Positions 56,072 through 64,000 of a stretch of DNA of 64,000 nt are shown here, piece by piece (within the stretch, counting starts at the first letter, position 1; every line of letters begins with the position of its first letter). The position numbers and the translations under genes are program-made. Source of the DNA: Octopus vulgaris. Its lineage: Eukaryota. Under the pieces are notes generated by a model. The model ran no database searches and was not told the origin of the DNA. It was given only the letters and a program-made list of their open reading frames with translations. The stretch is from positions 2,046,001-2,110,000 of the forward strand of contig OX597833.1 of assembly GCA_951406725.2 (NCBI GenBank), in the 5' to 3' direction.

Positions 56072-56276
56072 GAGGAGACCCTCTTTCGGTCATGACTGAC
56101 CGTGGGATTTCACTTAGAAAGTCCCCACCCCACCCAAGGCACAAGTCCGGGCAAGGTTGTTTGTGGAAGACCAGCAGTCGCCCATGCATACCAGCCTCCG
56201 CTCTACAAAACACTGATGTTATCCAAGAGAAAGGCAAAGGCTGATACAGCTTGGCACCAGTGATGTCGCAACTCAT
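56072..56276. mobile_element. Probable interspersed repeat fragment (unclassified)
   Basis: GC-richer block abutting a microsatellite; loosely resembles RTE-associated 5' sequences. Single copy in this window. Confidence 0.35.
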
Positions 56277-56586
56277 ATATATGTGTGTGTGTGGGTGTAG
56301 TTTTATTTTGAGGTGGATATTTTAATTTCTTGCCCAATAAACACACGCACTGTATATTTGTTCTTCACTTGTTTATTACTGTTCTTATTTTATTGCCATT
56401 TTCTGGAAACCTTTCGTCCTCTGACCTCTTCAGCGACTCTCTATCCCACGTGTCTCATTCTGTCCTGTTTAGTACGAGATTTTATTTAGCAAGGGGTAAA
56501 AAATGAGCATCCCGAAGCAACATATTTCTACATATATAACAAAATATTTCTACACACACTTTCGAATCAGGAATCTTACAAAAAAA

Positions 56587-56623
<37 letters not shown>

Positions 56624-56810
56624 CGTACACACACTTGTACACACACACACACACACACGTACGCACACACGTACACACACACGCACACACACACACGTAC
56701 ACGCAGACACAAACACACACACGTACACACACACACACACGCACACACGCACACACACACGTACACACAGACACAAACACGCACACACACACACACACGT
56801 ACACACACAT

Positions 56811-56846
<36 letters not shown>

Positions 56847-56864
56847 ACACACAGACACACACCG

Positions 56865-57035
56865 CTAAATCAACAGGTTTTTTTCAGTCTCTCTGTTTAT
56901 TTCTTCTTACTACTTTCTGTTGAAGAGCGTCGGCTTGAAACGTAAAAGACTTTTTCATTCTTCCCGAGCGTCAAACTAATGCACCTGCTTGCTGTTCATG
57001 CACCTGTCTTAGTCATTTGTTTTTCTATGAATTTC
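56865..57035 (+). mobile_element. Family H1 element with minimal hammerhead variant at 56913-56948
   Basis: cttt CUGUUGA a gagc gtcg gctt GAAA cg UA aaag; same start CTAAATCAACAGGTTTTTT as the 50236 copy. Confidence 0.7.
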
Positions 57036-57129
57036 TGCTCTGTGTGTGTGTGTGTGTGTGTGTATGTGTGTGCACGACAAGTTTTCCTACTGCACAATTA
57101 GGAGTGGGTATTACTATTTCGAGTTTGTT

Positions 57130-57525
57130 AATTTTTTGGCTCAAAAAGCAAAAAGCAAGGCCATGTAGGGGGACATGGAGTTATGTACAGGGTGGTGTTC
57201 ATGTAAAGAGTTCAGGCCACTTGAGGTCAAGGGAGACTTTGAACAAAGCGGTCGTCGGCATCTTCACCATCTCGTCTGGTTCCACGGATCTTGTTCCACG
57301 GATCCGCAACCCGGACGGAGAAAGCCCCTCTCCTTCGATTGAGATGAAATCGTCGCAGATAGAGCTTTTCGGAGTGACCCCGCAGCCGACGCTCTGGATC
57401 AGGAGTGAAGAACAGCTCTTTCGAGAGGTTACACTTTCCGCTTATGATGTTGTGAGCGAGAATGAGATCACCACGGCGGCGGCGTTTTTCAAGAGAATAA
57501 AGGTCGAGCGTCTTCAGCCTTTCTG
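57130..57525 (-). mobile_element. CR1-clade LINE 3' end
   Basis: ERLKTLDLYSLEKRRRRGDLILAHNII..RLRGHSEKL..RRGAFSVRVADPWNK..FKVSLD..* (stop 57199-57201) followed by a short 3' UTR. Confidence 0.9.
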
Positions 57526-57677
57526 TCTTTGAATTGTAACGCCTGGAATAAAGCTATATGGACATGTTTACGGTGGATGCAATCATAATGTACCTGAAAA
57601 AACAGAATGATACATGATGCAACATCGTAGGGTATCTATGCAACAGAAACACGTATCGGACAGAGTTTTAAAGAGAA

Positions 57678-58029
57678 CTAGCAGTATCGCCCGGCGTTGC
57701 TCGGGTTTGTAAGGGAAATAACTATATAAGCATTTTTAGAGAGTTATAGCCAAAAAATATCAAAAAAATCCATTAAAAACATTTTTAGAGAGTTACTTAC
57801 CTTATATAATAGCGAAAAAAAATGCATTAAAATGGAAAAAAATTATGGTAATTTTTTTTTAAATCGTAGACTCATCGTAGACGCGCGCTAATTCCCAGAA
57901 GAGCTCAATATGAATCACGACTATAAGATACCCGAATTTGGTTAAACTGCACCGCAAAATGTGGGAGTAGTTAGGAATCTAAATCGTAGGAGACAGACAC
58001 TCACACAAACTCTCTTTTATATATAAAGA
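57678..58029 (-). mobile_element. Non-autonomous Helitron
   Basis: Minus strand reads A|TCTTTATATATAAAAG ... CCCGAGCAACGCCGGG hairpin, 8 nt, CTAG|T; no TSD. Confidence 0.85.
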
Positions 58030-58330
58030 TATATGCCACGTATGTCTTTAACAAGTTACACACACACACATAAACACTGATACTGTCACAAAGTTACACA
58101 CATGCAAAGTGAGAACCACTTACACCTTATTATTATACTATTGTCCATATGGATGTGTATTCCGCAGGCACTGATGAACAGTTGAAACACAGAACCAGGG
58201 TAACAAAATTTTGAGAAATTAGGCCGCTTGAATCAAAGATGCAAAAAGTGGGCGTCTGTCCTGCTTCATTCGACCAAATATTTCACAACGTTTGGGACGA
58301 CTCGAGGCTTAAGAAGAAAAACAAAAACCT

Positions 58331-58406
58331 AGCGGAAAATGTCACGTTAGAACCTGCAGCCTCTGGGTTACTAACAAAGCGTCGGAACCACTTGGCCTTT
58401 CCTGCC
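58331..58406 (-). pseudogene. Degenerate tRNA-like sequence (old SINE head or tRNA pseudogene)
   Basis: AGGCCAAGTGG (A-box-like), TTAGTAA loop and GGTTCTAAC (B-box-like); the stems do not pair properly. Confidence 0.4.
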
Positions 58407-61400
58407 TTCCTACACTCATAAATACCAACTCAGACACTTTCAACACTCTCTCTCTCTCTCGCTCCTCTCTCCTTCTTCTTTCTCTGTCTGTCTGTCTGTC
58501 TGTCTCTCTTTCTCTCTCGCTTTCTGTCTTTTTCTCTTTTACTCTGCCCTTACCTCACGTTCTACTGCTTTCTCCCCTTCCTTTTCTGTCATTCTCCTCT
58601 TCAATATCTCACTTGCTTTTCCTCTTCCCACACCTCCGATCTCTCTCTCTCTCTCTCTTTTCCCTCTTCCCCCTTCTCTCTCTTACTCTTTCACTTTTGT
58701 CCTTTCGTCGCTTTCCTTTAAACTTTTAATTTCTCGCTCACCCATCCACCTACACACCTACACACAGGCGCAAATACATACACACACACATATATATATA
58801 TACATCCACACACACTCACATACGCACACACTCACATACGCACACACTTACATACGTACATACACGAATACATCGAACATATACGAACATATACGAACAC
58901 ATACGAACATATACGAACACATACACTCTCGCATGCCTCTCATACTACCACTCCGTCTTCCTCCCCCTCTCTCTCGCACACACATACGCACACGCACACT
59001 TTCCCTGTCTTTCTCTACAACTTTAGTCTCCCCTTCCCAACGAAACCTTTTCCACGTTATCTCCATCGCCATTTCTACCATTGCTACACACACACACACA
59101 CACACATACCTATACACACACATTCATTAACACATATCCATACATACACACACACACTTACACACACACACAAACATACATACACACACACACACATACT
59201 ATCTCTTTCATTAAGCCTAACTCTTCCCTTCCACCTCCCCGTCTCAATAACTTTCTTACTTCTCCCTCTCTTTCTCTGCTACTCTCACACATACACACAC
59301 AAATACACAACGCACTCACACACACAGACACGAGCTCACACACACACACACACATGTATCGTACTCAATTTTCCCTCCCTCCTTCTCTCTCTCTCTCTCT
59401 CTCTTCTCTCTTTCTCCTTCAATCACTCTTTTCCTCTCTTCGTCCTCTCACACTATCTTTCACTCTCTTTATCACTTGACCGCACTCCCTTCATTCTTTC
59501 CCCTTCTCTCTCTCTCTCTCTCTTTCTTTCTCTCCCTTTTACTGCCATGTTTTCTCTTACCCTATCACCACTCCCTCACTTTATTTCCCTTCTCTCTCTT
59601 AGCCTCCTTCTCCGACTCACTCCACGTTTCCTCTCACTACGACATCTGTCTCTTAACCTCCCTTACCCCCTTTCATTTCTCATTCTGTTTCCTCCACTCT
59701 CTCTCATTCGCCTCTCTCTCCCTCTCTTTCTCTCTCTTTCTCTATCTATTTATTTATCTCTCTCTCTAGCTCCTTCTAATATTTACATCCTTTATGCCTC
59801 CTACCATCACACATACACAAACACACACACACACACACATACACACATACATACACAACTCTCTCTTCTCCACACACGCACACACGTATAACAACACACG
59901 CACGTACACACACGCATACACTCAACAACACAAACACAAACATCCCTTTCTCCCATTCTGCCCTCCCTCACCCCCTCACTCTTCTCTTACTCTCTCTTCC
60001 CCTCTCTTTCTCTCTCTCTCTCTCTCTATCTCTCACTTTTCACGTATTTCATACTTTCTCGCTACACACATACACGCACACACAAATACACACATACGCA
60101 CTTATATACACACACACACAGACGCACACATCCCATGCGCCTCTACGGATACACTCGGCATGCTAGAAATAACAGCTAAAACCTCTTTCATATTTCATCC
60201 AACGTTTTTAAAAAACACACGCATTAGATACAGCATTCCCGGGACCCCTACAAAAGATATACAAATTAAAGTCGGGTTGGCCACGGGTGGGATGTCTTTG
60301 ATCATAAAAACTTTGCTCTCCCTCAAATCGTACACTCGTTTAAATATTTACAAGACACATTGGTTAGTTTAGTGGAAAATACACCATATCCGATTCTTAG
60401 ACGGGATGGTCGATAATGGACTGGATCCCCTTTGATAATTGAGTCTGCCGGATCGAGACTGACCTCGGGCTAAAGAAACAACAACAGTGATTTCATGAGG
60501 TGGTTTGACTAGCTAGAAAAGGCAGCCAAATCACCTATAATACACGCTGCTCTTTCAGTTTTGGTAAACACTATCTTTTTCATAGAGGTGATGGTCATAA
60601 TTGGATTGGGACACCTTGATAATGGAGTGACTTCCTGTTACAGGACTGACCAAGGGCTAAGCAACAATAATAGCCACTCTGTCATATAACTTTTGTCACA
60701 CACACACACACACAGACACACACACACACCCACACACGCGCACACACACACACAGACACGCACACACACACGCACAGACACGCACACACACACGCACAGA
60801 CACGCACACACACAGACACACACACAGACATCACACACACACGCACAGACACACACACACACACAGACACGCACACACAGACGCGCACACACACACATAC
60901 AGACACGCACGCACACACACACACATACATACAACCTATCAATATATACACGCATACATAGATGTAGCCGAAGCTCCAGTATGGCCTGAACCGTGTTGCT
61001 TTATGCTAGCTAAAAACTATAGCATACCGACACACACATACGCACACACGCAAACGCATACACACAGATAATATGCTCTCACACACACACACATACATTG
61101 CACACACATACAAGCATACACACACGTACATAGAAACACATTCCATACAAACGTACGCACAACATAAATTCACACACACACACATACACGTACGAACAAC
61201 CTTTAGCTCTCTTTCCCTCTTACATGTGTGTGTGTGTTTGTCTGTGTGTGTGTGTGCGTGTGTTGTGTGTATGTGTGTACATAGTTTGGTGTATCTATGT
61301 ACATACACACGCGCATACAGAAATATATGAACATACACACACACACACACATATATATAAACATACGTCTCTCTTTCTCTCTTTCTCTCTCTCTCCCTCT

Positions 61401-61896
61401 CTTCGTCACCACCATCCTCTCTCCCCACCACACACATGTATATACCTCTCACTGCCTCTCACGTCTTCATTCTCTCCTCTTCTCCTTTTTCCTTTCCCTC
61501 TCTCTCTCTCTCTCTCCTCCATCCATCCATTCCTCTCTCTCTGTTCCTTTTAACAAACCGAACTCCAGTTCTTTCTCCCTCTCTCTCTTTCCCTTTCTAT
61601 CTCTCTCTACTCCTCTCGTCTATTTTCTTATCTTCCCTTTCCTTCCCGCGATGACTTCCACCCCCCTCAATCCCCCTTGCAATCTCTATATCCGCACCAC
61701 CACCACCACTATCACCACCACCACCACCACCAACTCTTGCTACTCCCTCACCTTCAACCCCCGCCTTACACCATCGCCTCCCCCAGCTTCACCTCTTTCT
61801 TCTTCTCCTCCTCCTCCACCGCTTCCTACACCTGCTACGACTACGGCAGCGACGACTCTACACCTTCCTCTTTCTCTCTCTCTCTTTCTTACTTTC

Positions 61897-62220
61897 TTTC
61901 TTTCTCCCTCTTTACTCGCTCTTTATCTCTCTCTCTATCTCCCTCTTCTCCTCTCACTCATTTTTACCTTCCTCTGCCTTTCTCATTCCTGTTCTCTCTC
62001 CGTCTCTCTCACTTTCACTCCTTCTTCCTTTGCTACTCTCTCTCTCTCTCTTTCTTACTCTCTTTCTTTCTCCCTCTTTGCTCGTTCTTTATCTCTCTAT
62101 CTCCCTCTTCTCCTCTCACTCATTTCTACCTTCCTCTGCCTCTCTCTCATTCCTGTTCTCTCCCTCCGTCTCTCTCACTTTCGCTCCTTCTTCCTCTGCC
62201 ACTCTCTCTCTCTCTTTCTC
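61897..62220. repeat. ~168-bp tandem duplication within a polypyrimidine tract
   Basis: ATCTCCCTCTTCTCCTCTCACTCATTT.TACCTTCCTCTGCC at ~61937 and ~62099. Confidence 0.8.
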
Positions 62221-62726
62221 TCACTCCATCTCGCCCCCCTCCCCACCACCACCAACCTGCCTCTCCACGTCGTCATCGTCGTCGTCGCCGTCGCCACAGC
62301 CGCCGCCGTCGTTATCAGCGCCGCCATCTCCAACAACACCATCATTCACATTAAACAATAAATAACACTGTAAGAACAACAACATCAGCATCACCATCAC
62401 CATCATCATTATCAATGCCTTCATCACCATCACCATCACCATCACCATCACCATCATCGTCGTCGTCGTCGTCATCATCATCTTCTAGGCGCAGCTTCTT
62501 CTTATAAGCTTATAATACTTACCCCGAAGAAAGGGTGCGAGCGAAGTCTGCGAAAGAAAGAGATCGCCGTACGTTCAAAATCAAGAGGAATATAGTTTAC
62601 TTTAGCGTCGGGACTTATTTTCATCACTCCTTTCCATTTGGCTTTCACTGTGACAACTACTATTACTACTATTAACACCACCACTACTACTGCCATACAC
62701 GCATACTGGTACAGAAACTTCAGGTT

Positions 62727-62775
<49 letters not shown>

Positions 62776-62991
62776 GATTACTATTACTACTACTAGTACT
62801 ACTACTACAGTTTGTGTTACTTTTAGCGTCTTCAGATGTGTACCACGTACTCCAGTTTACTATGACTATTGCAGGTAATGGTTAATGGCTTAATTATCAC
62901 TAACTACAACAACAATAACAACAATTACAAACACTACTACTAGCTATAATAGTAACAAACATCAACAAACAATATCACTAACAATTGTTGA

Positions 62992-64000
62992 CACTACAAA
63001 CCAAACACTAACTACCGCAATAGTTACCAACCACAAATACTAAAACAAAAACTACTACCGCCCACTCTACAACGCCACGACAACAAAAACACAACCACTA
63101 CGAACTACATCAGTAGCAACAACAACAATTTAATCATCATCACTGCTACTACCTCCACCACAATTAACAACGAGTGTGGTGAACATAATAATGAAAACAC
63201 CGGTTCCGTAGTCGAGAATCCAAACACTACAGCCATCACCGTCGGCTCCGTCGCCTCGTCTGAAATCACTACCACCACCAACACCACCACCACTACCACT
63301 ACTACTACTACTACCAGCTCCCGTACTATCTCAGTGTCTGTCGTCAATAGCACCACCACCACTACCACCACCACCACCACCACCATTTCATCTCCGGATA
63401 GCCCGCGGCTGTTCGCTTCCGGTGACGGCAATGGTGTTGCAGGTAGCAAACATGTCGCCGACACCGCGACCGACGTCACCACCACCACCACCGCCGCCGC
63501 CACCACCACCACTACTACCACCGTAGCTGCATCCACCAATGGTGATGGTGGTGGTAGTAGTGGTGGCGAGAGCGGTATAGGTTCGGGCGGTGGTGGTGGC
63601 GGTGGTGGTGAAGTTGTTGGTGGTGATAGTGGTAGTGGTGATGGTGGTGGTGGTAGTAGTAGTAGTAGCGGTGGTGTTGGTGGTAGTAGTGATAGTAGTT
63701 GCGATGATGCCATCGAGAGTGGTGGTGGTGGTGGTGGTGATGGTAGTGGCGGTGATAGTTTAGCCAGAGGCGGGATGGATGTCGGCAACAGAGTCGATAG
63801 TAGTCGCAATAACAACAACAATCTTGATAATACTACTACCGCTACTACTACTACTACTAATGATTGTAATACTAGTAAAGGTAGCTATAGCAACGGTATA
63901 AATAGTAGTATTAGTAGTAGTAGGAGCTGCAGTGGCAAAAGCACCGCGACAAGTGGTTTCCGAATTGGCGGGTGCCCGTTCTCAAGACTCGGAGGAAGAG
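62992..64000 (+). CDS. Partial protein-coding frame, Thr/Gly/Ser/Asn-rich low-complexity N-terminal region, open off the window end
   Basis: Frame +1 is stop-free for 336 codons after the TGA at 62989, through several different triplet tracts and unique segments (ISSPDSPRLFASGDGNGVAGSKHVAD; MDVGNRVDSSRN; KSTATSGFRIGGCPFSRLGGR). The first in-frame ATG is at 63775. Presumably absent from the ORF track because it has no stop. Confidence 0.6.

Noticed and set aside
56404-56437. Minus-strand CUGAAGA g gtc agag gac GAAA ggttUC
   Set aside because: Core and stem II are present, but stem I does not pair and stem III is not palindromic; not counted.
58168-58196. CTGATGA...GAAAC
   Set aside because: No NUH or stem I; likely chance.
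63105-63821. 238-aa minus-strand Pro/Val/Leu-rich ORF
   Set aside because: It is the codon-aligned antisense shadow of the longer + frame and is closed on both sides.

Overview
AT-rich, microsatellite-saturated animal genomic DNA, most consistent with an octopus (coleoid cephalopod) intron or intergenic region. That assignment is inferred from the tRNA-derived SINE families and the extreme SSR load. Almost all ORFs in the supplied track are translations of simple repeats. The recognisable content is transposon-derived: three abundant tRNA-headed SINE families; RTE, R4/Dong and CR1 LINE fragments; a decayed Penelope-like (GIY-YIG) ORF; two mariner-type relics; a non-autonomous Helitron; and several foldback elements. 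One probable protein-coding frame is open off the right edge (62992-64000, +). The most striking signal is a dense set of type I hammerhead ribozyme motifs (about 15-18, folded by eye). They belong to several unrelated short elements that mostly sit in (TA)n/(CA)n tracts. Nearly all have a self-complementary stem III, and they occur in direct-repeat (retrozyme-like) or long inverted-repeat arrangements.
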